Assembly (NCBI RefSeq): GCF_009914755.1
Contig: NC_060944.1
DNA length: 64,000 bases
Source: the human T2T-CHM13v2.0 reference genome, Homo sapiens
Strand: one strand, 5' to 3'
The notes below the pieces were generated by a model. It was not told the DNA's origin. It saw only the letters and a program-made list of their open reading frames with translations, and did no database searches. The position numbers and the translations under genes were made by a program. This document shows positions 15,270-29,060 of the stretch, in pieces. The stretch's first letter is position 1. Each line of letters begins with the position of its first letter.

Positions 15270-15632
15270 TGTGGTAGAGGCAGTGCTGTGTTTATCACAC
15301 TGGTTCCATTTCCTTGCAAATAGGAAGACTCTATTTCCCAGTAACACTTGCAGTTAAGAGTGTGCCCATGTTTGAGCTCTAGCCAATGGCGTGTGAGCAA
15401 AAGTGATATAAGCCACTTTCAGGTCTAGCCTTTATAAACATCTTCAGGCTTCTCTATTCCTGCCAAGGTGACCTTTGAGGCTGCTTATTCCAGACTGCAT
15501 TGATAGAAGGTCGCTATCTGATCTGTTTTGGATTTCTTTTTAGAGTAAGAAATAAAAATTCACTGTGTCTCACCACTGAGATTTTTGGTGGTTTATTTGT
15601 TACTGCAGCATTGCCTAGGCCATCCTGACTAG
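15270..15632 (+). mobile_element. MLT1 MaLR LTR in the 3' UTR, carrying AATAAA at 15551
   Basis: CTAGCCAATGGCGTGTGAGCAAAAGTGAT...AATAAAAATTCACTGTGT...TGTTACTGCAGCAT...CCTGACTA. Confidence 0.7.
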
Positions 15633-16199
15633 CATGGAGGGATTTTATAGCAATATGTTTCATTGTCAGTGGAGTCCACATACAGAAGAAACATTGTAAT
15701 TCAGAGTTCAAAGCTTTTAAGTCTTTAAGGCTAGATGTGGCAGTGCAACCATCTAAAATGGTATGGATGGGACTTCTCCAGTGATAACCTTCATTCATTG
15801 GTGTGTACACCAAAGAGAAATGTTCAAGATGATATAGCTGTGGTAAAACTTTACTGAAAAGTACAACCCACAGACGTAAGAAATCTCATACAATAGAGAA
15901 ACTCTGTAGTGTGGGAGCTGAATAAGTTTGATAGCTCACACCTTAAATGTGATTAAAAATTGACTAGAATAGGTGTTCTGTGGTTAGTCTTAATAAAATT
16001 AATTGAATAAAACTAACATTTACTAAAGTGAGCAACAACATGTAAAAAACCAACAGTGTTCATTGCAGACTGATGCAGTCTTCTTCTCAGCAGACTTGTA
16101 TAATAATGGGTTTTTAAAGGGTGCTCTTTCTGTCAGCTTCCTACCAAAATTGTCATTTAATTGGGGATAATAGATGAATTCGAGAGGAGATCTCATTGC

Positions 16200-16520
16200 T
16201 TTTTTTTTTTTTTTTTTTTTTTTTGGAAACAGGGTCTTGCTCTGTCATCCAGGTGGCTGGAGTGCAGTGGCCTGATCATGGCTTGCTGCTGAAGCCTTGA
16301 ACTGCTGGGCTCAAGTGATCCTCCTGCCTCAGCCTCCTGAGTAGCTGGGACTACAGGCATATACCACCATGTTCAGCTAATGTTTTCTTTTAAAAATTTA
16401 CTTGTAGAGATGGGGTCTTGCTTTGTTGCCCAGGTTAGTCTCATTCTGGTTTCAAGCGATCCTCCTACCTCAGCTTCCCAAAGTGCAGGGATTACAAGTG
16501 TGGGCCACTGCACTCAGCCC
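16200..16520 (-). mobile_element. AluJ
   Basis: polyT plus reverse Alu. Confidence 0.92.
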
Positions 16521-17539
16521 ACAATGTCTTTTATTTTTTCTTCAAAAACAATGTCCTTTTCTGTTTTAATTGACTTATAAGTTTCTTCATTTGGATCATG
16601 GTTTATTCCTAGTTTTTCTTGCATTATATTTTCCTGCCAGTTATAGTTTGTAAACAGAACAGCCATTCAAGTGCAAATAAAACCATCCCTGAAGTGTCAT
16701 TTTCTTACTGAGCAGGTGGATAAGAGTGAAATATTTTAAAAATTCTGTGTCAGTAGAAATGAGGAAATGAGTGTTCTTACATAAGTTGGTGGGGGAAAAA
16801 AACAGGTACCAAGTTGCTGGAGAGGATCTTGTCTATATGTATCAGATGTACAATGTGCATTGTCTTTGAGCCAATGATCCTGCTTCTCAGAATGTATTTT
16901 TAGGATGTAATTACATGAGTGGAAAAAGATGGTTTCAGAAAGAAATATGTTCTAAGAATTTTGCAATAAGAAGACCATAAATGACCTGAAGCTTCATGTA
17001 TAAGAGATTAAGTAAATTAGGGCATCCCATATAATGGAATAACATGGCTCCATCAACAATGATCTAGACCTATAAAAATGTCCACATATTATTGTCCATG
17101 TCCACCACATACTCCAGTCCTCCTACTTGCAAACAGTAGGTTAGAGAAAAGATCTGGGATACACATTATCCCAGGAAGCTTTTGGGGTTTAGAATGGGTG
17201 CAACATTCCCTCATGACAGAATTGGCCCTCAGCCTTGGTCGAGGTGTCCCAGGCAATCCTCCAGTTTGGCCAGGAGCAGCACTTGCATATCACATTAAGC
17301 TTTTTAAATATATGATGCTAACAGGATTGTCTCCCTACTTCATAAAATTGTTTGCTTTTCCTCTTGTAACAAAGTAGCATGGAAAAAGCAGAAATTAGTC
17401 TAGCTCCCAATCAGTGGGAGCCAACTCATTTACAAATATAGATGCAGAGATCCTAAATAAATATGAGCATGTCAAATCCAATGATTTGATAAAAGCATAA
17501 CAGACTCTGCTCATGTATAATTTATCCTAAATATGCTTA

Positions 17540-17940
17540 TCAGCTTCTGCCTCATAACACACACAAGAACTGAGTAGCTCTACATACAAATTTATTTAGC
17601 TCATGATGTGTGAGCTGGCAAGTTCAGTTCGGCTTAGCTGGGCAGTTCTGGTGTGGGACATGCTAGATTATCTTAACTGGGCTTTGTACATGCATCTGCA
17701 TTCAGCTGATGGCTCATCTGGGCCTGGCTATTTTATGATGGTCATAGATGAGACAACGAAGTTCTCTCTGTCATCATGGTCTCTCATCATCCAGAAGACC
17801 AATCTAGGGTTGGTCCCATAGTGCCAGGGTTTCAAGAGCAAAAGCTGTGATCTCTTAAGGCCTCATCAGAGAACAGGCTCAATGATACTTCCACCACATT
17901 CTAATGATTAAAGCAAGTCACAACACTGGCCCAGATTCTT
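17540..17940 (-). mobile_element. MLT1 MaLR LTR (old)
   Basis: TTTATTTAGCTCATGAT...GGCTTAGCTGGGCAGTTCT...AAAGCAAGTCACAACACTGGCCCAGATTC. Confidence 0.65.
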
Positions 17941-18710
17941 GCGGTGGGATTAAGACAAGATAAAAAATGTTGAGACGTAATCATTGGAAGGAAAAAGAAG
18001 GTACTATTTTTATGTTAGAGAATAATGTTATTTACTTATAAAATTCAAATCTGCCTGTAAAATTTGACCAATTGAAGTATGTTTTAAAATTATCAGTTCA
18101 AAAAATTGGTTTCATACAAAATTGGCACATGAAAATTCATAGCGTTACTATTTAAGAGTCTTTTATAAAATGTAGCCAAAATGTTTCATTCACAATAACA
18201 ATTGTGTGCAAAGACCAGAATTCTCCAAAGGTAATTCTGGGAGTTCCCTTTGGGATGCCTAGGTGAGTAGCTATCTGGAGCCTCAGACTCCCACATTCTT
18301 CAGTGGGAAAAGCTTTACATGAGCTCAACTTCCTAGCGGCTTTCTCTTTCTGATGGGAGGTGTTAGAACCTGGCTTTCTCATGCAACTTCTGTGAAGCTC
18401 TGACAACTAAAGCCAGATTGTCTGCTTTAGTCAATCTGTTAGATCAATTAGTCATTTGATCTGACAACTAAAGCCAGATTGTCTGCTTTAGTTAAGTAGT
18501 CCAGATTACCTGCATAGTCAATTTGTTCCCTCACCAACATGGATGCCTTCACAATTGCTCTTTAAGAAGGATAAAAAGATAGGGGTGAGGTGTGGTCTAT
18601 CTCCTGCTTCACTCAGGCCCTGGTGCTTCCTCAAGTGGTGTGAGAAACTGTGGTCCTGTGCGTTCTCTTCCAGACCCTTAGCTTATATATTTTCCCTATA
18701 AAACTTAGTC

Positions 18711-18970
18711 CTAATCCCAGCATTTTGGGAGGCCGAGGAGGGTAAATCATGAGATCAGGAGTTTGAGACCAGCCTGGCCAACATAGTGAAACTCCGTCTC
18801 TAAAAAATTAGCTGGGCATAGTGGCAGGCACCTGTAATCCCAGCTACTCAGGAGGCTGAGGCTTGAGCCCAGGAGGTGGAGTTTGCAATGAGCCGAGATC
18901 ACACCACAGCACTCCAGCCCAGGCGGCAGTGAGAGACTGTCTCAAAAAAAAAAAAAAAAAAAAAAAAAAA
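18711..18970 (+). mobile_element. AluS, 5'-truncated with internal deletions
   Basis: Alu consensus and A tail. Confidence 0.92.
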
Positions 18971-20039
18971 GAAGTCCCTTATGTGTGATGATAAAATTTG
19001 ATGAAGAGCAACATTGGTGGACTTACACTACCAGAGATCAACATTTATTATAAATGTTCTATAATTAATACAGTGTAGTATTAGCTCAGGAGAGAAAAAA
19101 TAGATCAATGGAAAAGAATAGGGAGTCTAAAAACAGATCCACATGTATACAGTGAGTCAGTTTATCAGCCTTGAAATACGTTGGAGAAATAATAGTCATT
19201 TAATAACTGATGCTGGGTTCACTGGCTACTTAACACTAGTTCTTCATACAATTGCAGGCAATAAATACAAATAGCATGCAGCTGGCAGACTGGGATCAGT
19301 GGCTATGCCTCCACTAGACTGCCCATAGAAGCACATAGTAACAGCTACCAAAGGTGTCTGATCTGTCTTGTCTTTTTTTAAACTCATTTTGTTCAGGTAT
19401 AATTTACATAAAATGCAGACTTTAACTACATTTGTTTTAACAAATGTACATATCCTTGTAAATAATGCCCATTCAACATGTTAAACATTTTATTTACCCC
19501 AAAAATTTCCCTTGTGCCCCTTTCCCTTCATTTCTTTCCAAAAAAGGATATAATCACTGTTTTGTTTCTATCACCATATGTTGGTTTGCCTATTCTTGAA
19601 CTTTATATAAATGAAATCATACTGTAAGATACTCTTGTATTTGGCTTTTTTTCATTCAACATGGTTTTCTAAATTAGTAATTTATAATAAAGAGTACTGC
19701 ATATTTTATTATTGTTTATAAATTGTGTTCTAAAAACATTCTATGTTAGTAAAATTTATAGTAAACTTCTATAATGTACATACTTTTCTTTCTGGAGAGC
19801 CATTTATTAAACATTTATTAGCATACCACTCACAGAGGAGATGTAAGCCCAGAATTGGCCTTTTTCTTCTGAAGTCAACTAGCTTTGAATTAGAATGTAA
19901 CATTAGTTATTATTCCTCATTCCCCACTCATTCTCTGTATCTACTTCCCTTATTTTTTTCTTTTATTTTTCTGCAGACACTATGGTTACTTAAGTGTCTA
20001 CTTCTCTTTTTCTGCATGTCTTTGAGTGGAGACACTGGT

Positions 20040-20463
20040 CACCTTTGTTTCCCACTGTCTTTTCAAAGGTGTATGTTAGGGAACAAAAATATAGTGTCTC
20101 CCTCTGGAGCAGTAGATTTGTTTATGGCCCACTCTAGTGAAGACAGTGTCTCCCTCTAGGGTGAAGGGCAGTGGTTTTATTCCCACAGGCTATCATAAAA
20201 GATTCAGGTTTCCTAAGCTTAGGGTTCTATCCCTACAACACAGCCCGCTAGGCCTGTGGCACCTGGCCTTCCATGTCACTCTGTGGGATTAGAATGCCAA
20301 AAACCATTGCAAAGAATGACACTCTGGCTACTGCTGTGGTTGTGGCTAATAAAGTCCTTTGTCTCAGAGCCAGGAGTCTTTTGTCTTGTGCCAGCATCTG
20401 TGAGACTGTCAGGCTAACTTGTGAGCTCATAAATTGGTTACTTTCAGATCCTTGGTTTTTGAT
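20040..20463 (+). mobile_element. ERVL LTR (LTR40-like)
   Basis: ATAAAAGATTCAGGTTTCCTAAGCTTAGGG; AATAAAGTCCTTTGTCTC; GGCTAACTTGTGAGC terminal motifs. Confidence 0.55.
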
Positions 20464-20792
20464 GGAAATAAATGTCTCTTAATCTTAGAGGCAAACTAGA
20501 GCTACCTGGAATGCTTTCAGCTTTTTACAATTTTTTACTGGTGAAATATACATAACATGAAATTTACCATCTCAACCATTTTTAAGTGTATAGCTTAGTA
20601 GTGTTAAGTACATTTACATTGTTGTAAAACCAGTCTCCAAAACTCATTTTATCTTGCAAAACTAAAACTCTATCCCATTCAACAGCAACCCTCAATTTTC
20701 CCCTGCTCCCAGCCACTGGCAACCACTATACTTTGTGTCTCTATGCATTTGACTTCCCTGGGTCACATAAATGGAATCATACAGTATTTGAC

Positions 20793-21099
20793 TTTTTTTT
20801 TTTTTTTTTTTTTTGAGACGGAGTCTCCCTCTGTTGCCCAGGCTGGAGTGCAGTGGTTCCATTTTGGCTCACTGCAAGTTCCGCCTCCAGGGTTCACGCA
20901 CGCCATCTTCCTGCCTCAGCCTCCTGAGTATCTGGGACTACAGGCACATTCCGCCATGCCCGGCTAATTTTTTCCATTTTTCGTAGAGACGGGGTTTCCC
21001 CATGTTAGCCAGGATGGTCTCGATCTCCTGACCTTGTGATCCGCCCACCTCGGCCCCCTAAAGTGCTGGGATTACAGGCATGAGCCACCATGCCCGGTC
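20793..21099 (-). mobile_element. AluY/Sc
   Basis: GTTAGCCAGGATGGTCTCGATCTCCTGACC; TSD CAGTATTTG. Confidence 0.93.
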
Positions 21100-21720
21100 C
21101 AGTATTTGCCTTTTTGTGACTGGCTTATTTAACTTAACATAATGTCCTTAAAGCTTATTTGTGTTGTAGAATGTGTCAGAATTTTCTTCCTTTGTACACT
21201 TGGGTTTCTTCCACTTTTCGGCTACTGTGAATAATGCTGTTATGAACATAGGAGTACAAATATCTCTTCAAGACCTTGCTTTCAATTCTTTTGGACACAT
21301 ACCCAGAAGTGGAATTGCTGGATCATATGATAATTGTATTTTCAATTTTTTCAGGATCTGCCATTCTGTTTTCTATAGTAGCTGCCACCATTTAACATAA
21401 TGTTTTTAAGTTCATTTATATTATTATGCTTGTCAGTCTTCTTTTTGTGTTCAGAGTAATCAGGAAATTACCATAGTTTGCCCATTCTCACGTTGGTGAA
21501 CATTTGTTTCCAGGTTTTGGAAATTTTGAATAAAGCTACTAAGAATATTCTTGTATTAGCGTTTTTGCAGACATATGCTTTGATTTCTCTTGGGTAAATA
21601 CGTAGGAGTTGAATTGCTGTCATAAGCTAAGTGTATGTTATCTTTATGAAGAATTGGCTGTCCTTGTCTATTAACATAAAGAATGAGGTACTTTATTGTT
21701 CACTTAAAATCTTTATGTGG

Positions 21721-21880
21721 TTGGGCTGTGTGGGGTGGCACATACCAGTAACATACCTGTAGTCTCTGCTACTGGGGAGGCAGAAGGATCACTTGAGGGC
21801 AGGAGTTTGAGGCTATTGGGTGCTACAATCGTGCCTGTGAATAGCCACTGCACTCTAGCCTGGGCAACTTAGCTAAAAAA
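21721..21880 (+). mobile_element. Alu monomer (FLAM/FAM-like)
   Basis: Single degenerate Alu arm with short A tail. Confidence 0.7.
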
Positions 21881-22097
21881 ATTTATGTGGTTAAAATTTC
21901 AATGTGTTTATGAAATTTTTGTATAATGATTTTTTAAAAGAAAACTTTCCCATACTCCCAGGCACTAATTATTTTCAAAACATGAAGAATATGTTTTAAG
22001 TGGTGTCAGGCACAAATCTAATTTTAATTTTTTCTAATTGGATAGTCAAGGCTTTCAACATTTATTGATGAGTCCCTTTTTTATTTACTGATCTTAA

Positions 22098-22463
<366 letters not shown>

Positions 22464-23575
22464 CATTTTTGTTTATTCTCAAACCACTATCTCACATCTT
22501 TAAGAATGATACTTTTGGTAGAAGGCAAGTAACAGTGAATATGCTAAGTGTATGTTTAACTTTACCATTTCTAAAAATGACTATACCACTTTATACTTCC
22601 ATTAGCAGTCAATGCAAGATCACTTGTTCTACATGCTAACCAACACTTGGGATTTTTAGTCATTGGGATTATTTGTAGTGTTATCTCACTGTGGTTTAAT
22701 TAGCATTTCCCTGATAAGTAATGATGTGGTTATCAGTCATTTTATCATGTGCTGATTGGTCATTTTATATCTTCTTTGGAAAAGAACTTTTGAAAGTTTT
22801 GCTTGTTTTTTGTTGGTTTGTTTCCTTACTGTTGAGTTGTAAGATTTCTTAATATAGCCTAGATACGAATCCTTTCTCAGATAAATACATTATGAATATT
22901 TTTTCCTAGTCTTGGCTTGCCTCTTCATTTTGTTAATGTTTTTAAGAGAGTAAGTTAATTTGATGAAGTTCTGGTTTATCTTTTTAAATTAGATTTTGTG
23001 CTCTTTTTTGCCTACCTATGAAATCTTTTTTTGCCTATCCCAAGGTTTTGAAAATGTTCTCCTATATTTTCTTGTATAACATTTGTAGTTTTAGCTTTTC
23101 ATTTAGGTCTGTTACCTATTTTGAGTTCTTTTTGTGTATGATGTGAGGTAAGTGTTGAGGTTCATAATTTTCGAATAGGTGTCCAGTTGTTCTAGTGCTA
23201 TTTTTTGAAACAACTTTCCCCCATTGAATTACCTTTGTGGCTGCACTGAAAATAAACTGATCATATATACTTGGCTGTATTTTCTGGAATCACTTCTGTT
23301 CCACTGATTTATATAGATATTGTTAAGCTTTTGCTATGTCTTGACTACAGGAGCTTTAGAACAAGTTTTGAAATCTGATACTGTTATTCCTCTAATGATG
23401 TTCTTCCTTTTCAAAACAATCTTGACTATTCTAGTTTTTTTAGTTGGCTGTTTTTTGCATTTCAATGTAAATCTAAATATTAGTTTCTGCAAAAAGCCTG
23501 CTCTAAATTTGATTGATACTGTGTTGACTTTATAGATCAATTTGGAATTCTGGTTCTGGGTAAGATGGAGTAAGC

Positions 23576-24740
23576 CAGTGGCTGGGAAATTCTGGCCTAA
23601 TGGTTAAATATGGTGTATTGACTGTTTTTGTATGCCCCCATGAAGTAATAATGGCTTTTACATTTTTTATTGAGACAGGGTCTCACTCCATCGCCCAGGC
23701 TGGCTCACTGAAGCATCAACCTCCTGGGATCAAAAAATCCTCTTACCTTAACTTCCTGAGTAGTTGGGACTATAAGCATGCACCGCCATGTCCAGCTAAT
23801 TTTTTGCATTTTTGTAGAGATGGGGTTTTACCATGTTGCTCAGGCTGGTCTCAAACTCCTGAGCTCAAGCATTCTGCCCTCGGCCTGCCAAAGTGCTGGG
23901 ATTACAGGTGTGAGCTACCATACCCAGCCTACATTTTTAAATAGTCAAAAAAATCAAAAGAAGAATATTTTATGACATATGATAAGTATGTAAAATTCAA
24001 ATTTCAGCATTCATAAATTTTGGTTGAAACACAGTCATGCTTATTTGTTTACATATTGTCTATGGCTGTTTTCCTGTTATATTGGTACAGTTGTGTACTT
24101 ATGATAGAGACCATATACAATGCTCTCATCACTTCATACTGCTACTCAGTGTATCATAAATCACAGTAACACAGTTATTACAAGTTAACAGATTTTTGAG
24201 TGCCATATGTATCACTCTCTATGATATTTTATTTATTTTGCATATTCGTCATGTCAAAACAAGAAGAGAAAATCAAATTTTGAATGTCGTGCTTTTAAGG
24301 TATAGTAAAGTGTGGATTATTTTGTTAGAGAATCTGACGGCTGACTATTGTGTTTGTTATGCAGTGACAGCTGTACAAGAAGAAAACTTATAACATTAAT
24401 ACTGCCAGATTAAAAACTTATCCCAATATTTCCAAATCACAGATAATTATTGCCAAAAATAAAAAAATTAAAATGGAATATTTTATCAAAGCAGAATTAC
24501 TTTTATGAAATAACAAATGAAAATGAGGCTATAACCAAAGTAAGTTTTAGAGTGGCTAATCTGTTAGTCAAGCAAGAAAAGTTATTTACTGATGATGAGT
24601 TGGTCGAATCGTATTTTGCAGCAGCTGAAGAAATGTATCATATAAATTTGTCTAAGACTATAAGCCTTTTGACAAGGACAGTTTCTTAAAAAGTTGAGAA
24701 CATTGGGAGCAGCACTGATAGTCACTTTAAAAACAAGATC
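23576..24740 (+). mobile_element. hAT-Charlie DNA transposon relic (MER58/Cheshire-like) with decayed transposase; AluJ inserted at ~23663-23930
   Basis: MER58-like left end (AAACACAGTCATGCTTATTTGTTTACATATTGTCTATGGCTG); ORF 24450-24689 ENEAITKVSFRVANLLVKQEKLFTDDEL...KTISLLTRTVS resembles Charlie/SPIN/GTF2IRD2-type transposase. Confidence 0.75.
23663..23930 (-). mobile_element. AluJ
   Basis: Reverse Alu; TACATTTTT on both flanks. Confidence 0.88.
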
Positions 24741-25089
24741 ATAAAAAATTCCCAATTATTGTTGCCAGTGATAGTGAAAATTTATCAGCCATAAGTGAAC
24801 ACAAAACAAAACAAAACTGAAAGACAAAATTATAAGAAAACTAAAATGAGAAAAACAGAGGATCAACAAATTTCTATTGCTACTTTGTATTTACCTCTGG
24901 GAGCCAAGAAACAATGCAACTGGGCTTAAGACCATCACTGAGGTGTACTTTTCTGGTGACAGATATTACCTGGATTTGTTACATGAATCTATTTGGCATC
25001 TCTGTGGGACCCCCAAAACTGTTAAAAAAGTAATTTTCAAAAAATAAAATCATAACTCTTACACAGGTATGAAAAGACCAGCTAGGGAA

Positions 25090-26125
25090 TGATAAACTAT
25101 TTGCAAATCATGTATGTGTAAAAGTCTTGTATAGAGAACATATAAAAACTCTCAAAACTCAATAGGAAAACAATCCAATTTTTTAAGCTAAAAGATTTAA
25201 ACAAGCACTTCACTGAAAAAGATATACGTATGACAAAGGGGCACATGCAAAGATAATCAACATCATTAGTCATTAGGGAAATATAAATCAAGACCACAAT
25301 GAAATATCACTACACATCTATTAGAACAGCTAAAAAAAAAAAAAATAGCAACAATGTCAAACTCTGACAAGGATGTAAAGAGACTGGAAGTCTCACAAAT
25401 TTCTGTTGGGAATGTAAAGTAGTAGAGCCACTCCAGAAAACAGTTTGACAGTTCCTTAAAAAATTAAACACATCCTTACCATACAACCCCATAACTTCAA
25501 TCCTGGACATGTACTCCAGAGAAATGAAAACTTACATACACAAACAAATGCACACAAACCTGTACATGAATGTTCATAGTAGCTTTATTCATAATGGCAA
25601 AAAACTGGAAACAACCAAAATGTTCCCTAATAGGTAAATGTTAAACAAATCGTGGTACATCCATACCGTGGAATACTACTCAGCAATAAAAAGGAATGGA
25701 CTATTGATACACACACAACTTAGAGGGATCTTAAGATAATTAAACTAAGTGAAAAATGTGAATCTATTTTATGGTTCTAGTTGTATAACATTCTTGAAAT
25801 GACCAAATTATAGAGATGGAAAGCAGATTAGTTGTTTCTAGATATCAGGAATGGTGGAAGGGAGGGGACTGGGTGTGACTATCAAGATGTAGCAAGAAGG
25901 AGGGCTTTGCAGTGATGGAATAGTTATTTATCTTGATACAAGTGATAAAATACAACTACACATATTCATGGTATCAATATAATTCCCTGGTTTTGATGTT
26001 GTATTTTAATTAAGGACAGTATAATCATTGGGTGAAACTGGGTGAAGGGTACGTGGGACCTCTTTCTACTATCTTTTCAATTTCATATGAATCTGTGATT
26101 ATTTTAAAATAAAATGTTTAAAAAA
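25090..26125 (+). mobile_element. L1M (MC/MD-type) 3' end
   Basis: ORF2 C-terminal and 3'UTR motifs (GAATACTACTCAGCAATAAAAAGGAATG) ending AATAAAATGTTTAAAAAA. Confidence 0.85.
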
Positions 26126-26311
26126 TAATTGGATGCTTAGGACCTCTATAGAGGATTTTATTTATTTCTGCCAGATTTACAAGCAATACAGGGTCAGGGA
26201 TTTAGTTGACTTGGATTTGGGTTTGAATGCCTGCCAAGTTGGGCCTACTTTCCATTCAACTTTACACCTAGGATGCAGTCCTTTGGTGTTCCATACACAA
26301 AACCCAAGTGA

Positions 26312-26605
26312 TTTTTTTTTTTTTTTTTTGAGACGGAGTCTCCCTCTGTAGCCCAGTCTGGAGTGCAGTAGTATGATCTCGGCTCACTGCAAGCTCTGCT
26401 TCCCGGGTTCAAGTGATTCTCCTGCCTCAGCCTCCTGAGTAGCTGGGACTACAGGTTTGCGCCAACACAACCAGCTAATTTTTGTATTTTTAGTAGAGAC
26501 AGGGTTTCACCATGTTTGCCAGCATGGTCTCAATCTCCTGACCTCGTGATTTGCCCACCTTGGCCTCCCAAAGTGCTGGGATTACAGGTGTAAGACACCA
26601 CGCCC
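26312..26605 (-). mobile_element. AluS
   Basis: Reverse Alu; TSD CCCAAGTGATTTTTT. Confidence 0.93.
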
Positions 26606-28439
26606 CAAGTGATTTTTTAAACCATGGTTATCCACCCCATCTTTGGCAGGTCCTAGACTCCAACTATCAGCTTCTCAGGTTTTTACCTTAAGGAATTGGC
26701 AAATTCCACCTCAAACTTTTTTTGAGATAAAAGTGGTCTCAAATACCTAGCTTACCTTAATGGATTTTTTGCAGAGACAAGGTCTCACAGCATTGCCCAG
26801 GCTGGTCTCAAACTCCTTGGCTCAAGCAATCCTCCCACCTCAGCCTCCCAAAGTGCTGGAGATTACAGGTATGAGCCATTGTACTCAGTCTAGAATCTGA
26901 TTTGTTATGATGGTTTCCATATTTTAATCTGTCTCTTTTTGCACATATGCTGTTATTTATTTTTGTCTTTCTCTTCAGAGGGAAACTTGCTGAGGATTTG
27001 CATTGACTTTAGTTGAAGAGAATATGGTTTTTGTTTCCAATATTTCCAGTCCCTTCTATGAAGTATTGCAAAAACCAATAACTTGTATTTAATCTAGACT
27101 TTACATCAAATTTCTACTTTACAGAACATTTAAAAGAGCAGAGGAGAAAATATGGGGATGCCTTTAGACAAATCCAGAATTTAGACACCTAATTTGACAT
27201 TTTTATTTCCCCAACAGTTCAAGGAAATAAAAAATGGTGGTGGTAGTGCTGTGTGTGGGAGGGTCGGGGTGGGGGCACAGTTTTAGAGTAAATGACTTCT
27301 TGGTGAGATAACAATCAAATAAAATGGATCAAAATATTCGGATAATGACTGGAATAAACCAGCTGTAAAAGTACTTTTCCCCCAAAAAACAGGATTCAAA
27401 TTGGGATGCATATTAGATAATACTAAGAATTGTTAATTTTATTTCATGAGGTAACGATTTTGTGGTTATGTTAAAACATCATTATTTTTAAGTGATACAA
27501 ATAGTATTGGGAAGGGATAAGGCCAGGAATCTACTTTAAAATATTTCAGTAACAAAATTCAATAGTCATAGATATTGCCTGTATGGCAAAATGTTGGGAA
27601 GTGTTGAATTTAGGGTAGGCGCATTTGGTGTTTCATGTTATCATTTTCTTTTTTTATTTTTCTTTTTTGTTTTTGAGATGGAGTCTCCTCTGTCAACCAG
27701 GCTGGAGAGCAGTGGCGCGATCTCAGCTCACTGCAAGCTCCACCTTTTTGTGTTAATATCGAAAGTTTCATTAAAAAATTTTTTTCCTGCCCAGAAGGAA
27801 AGTGGTAAGTACATACTTCCTGTAGTTTGACTTGTTATAGTTATCTGGAGTCCGTCTCCCATCTCAACCTACCCACCTCTTCCTGAATAACCATAAATTC
27901 ACATGGCTTAAACAGATTTGTAGAAAAGATACGTTTATGTTAAATATGTGAGGTCAACGGGCAACAGAGGAATAGCCAATTTGAAGCCTGATTTGAACGC
28001 AAAAAATTTCAAGACAGGAGCCATTTTCCATATCATATTTTCTAAATTTCCTGCCAGTACAGCTTCCTTCATTTTTCAGATACAACTTGCTCTTTCTGTG
28101 CTTGATTTCAAGACTGATTTGTCCTTGGAATTCCTTGTGGATTCTTGGCATCTTGAAATCAATTGTCCGTGCCAGATAGCATAAGCAGAGGTCTAGATGA
28201 GTACAGGCACATATAAAGAGGCAACGGAGTTAAACCACGTCTGAGATTCCATATTCCTTAAGGTTATGTCCAGTGGACAGCCCAACTCCCTTTTAGAATC
28301 TTGTTTCTTCTCATACTCATCACTTTTCCGCTAAAGTGTGTTTCTTTTCATACTAAAACCTTCGCTTTTATCCCCAAATAGTTATATTTTCTTTATATTT
28401 CCACATGCTCGTTTTTTCTTGAGGAAAAAAATTACAAAA

Positions 28440-29060
28440 ATAAAAAGCCCAAGCGCTCATCGCGCTAGAGAAGTGACCTTCAGTTTGAACGCCCTGAACC
28501 AACAGAATGAGCTGCAGGAAGGCGGAAGCACTAGCGTGCTGGGCATTCTGGGAACTGTAGTCGGAAGTATTTTCGCCCAGGCTGGTGGAGTCCTTGTCGT
28601 CATTCCGCTTAAACATTCTGGGAAGTGTGGGTCAGACGTTTCATATAGTCGACAACACTTCCTCTTCGGGAGTACAGGGTGTGGCCCTCTCGTGTGACTC
28701 CGGACTCTGGGAAGTGAGTCGCAGGAACTTCCGCTCCAGGGAAAGTTGCGGCCATCATGCTGCATGTGAGACTTGAGCCCCAGCGACGCTTCTGCGCCTC
28801 CTCAGCCTGGATGAGGGACCAAAGATGGTCAAGGCCCTCTGTCTTGAGGAGGAAAAGTGGCAGCCGGCGGAGGATTAGGATTGGAAGTGTTTGCGTTTCC
28901 CTCGACTCAGTAGAGCTTTCTAGTGTTAGGGGATGTTCCTGAATCCCGGGTTGGGGAATGAGGCAGGGTCTTGCATCATTGGGTTTGATGGTTTCTTGGG
29001 TCCTGTACTCCCGTAGCCCTTCTGTTGGACCCACCAATCAGCATTGCCGCTTCCTAGGGA
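28440..29060 (+). promoter_or_regulatory. Orphan KZNF-type promoter module A
   Basis: CpG-rich; near-perfect ZNF143 site GCATTCTGGGAACTGTAGTC 28543-28562, further copies at 28614 and ~28706; ETS cores CGGAAG/ACTTCCG. Confidence 0.7.

Noticed and set aside
18399-18492. CRISPR-like repeat-spacer-repeat
   Set aside because: Only two units, primate DNA, no cas genes; spacer is derived from local sequence.
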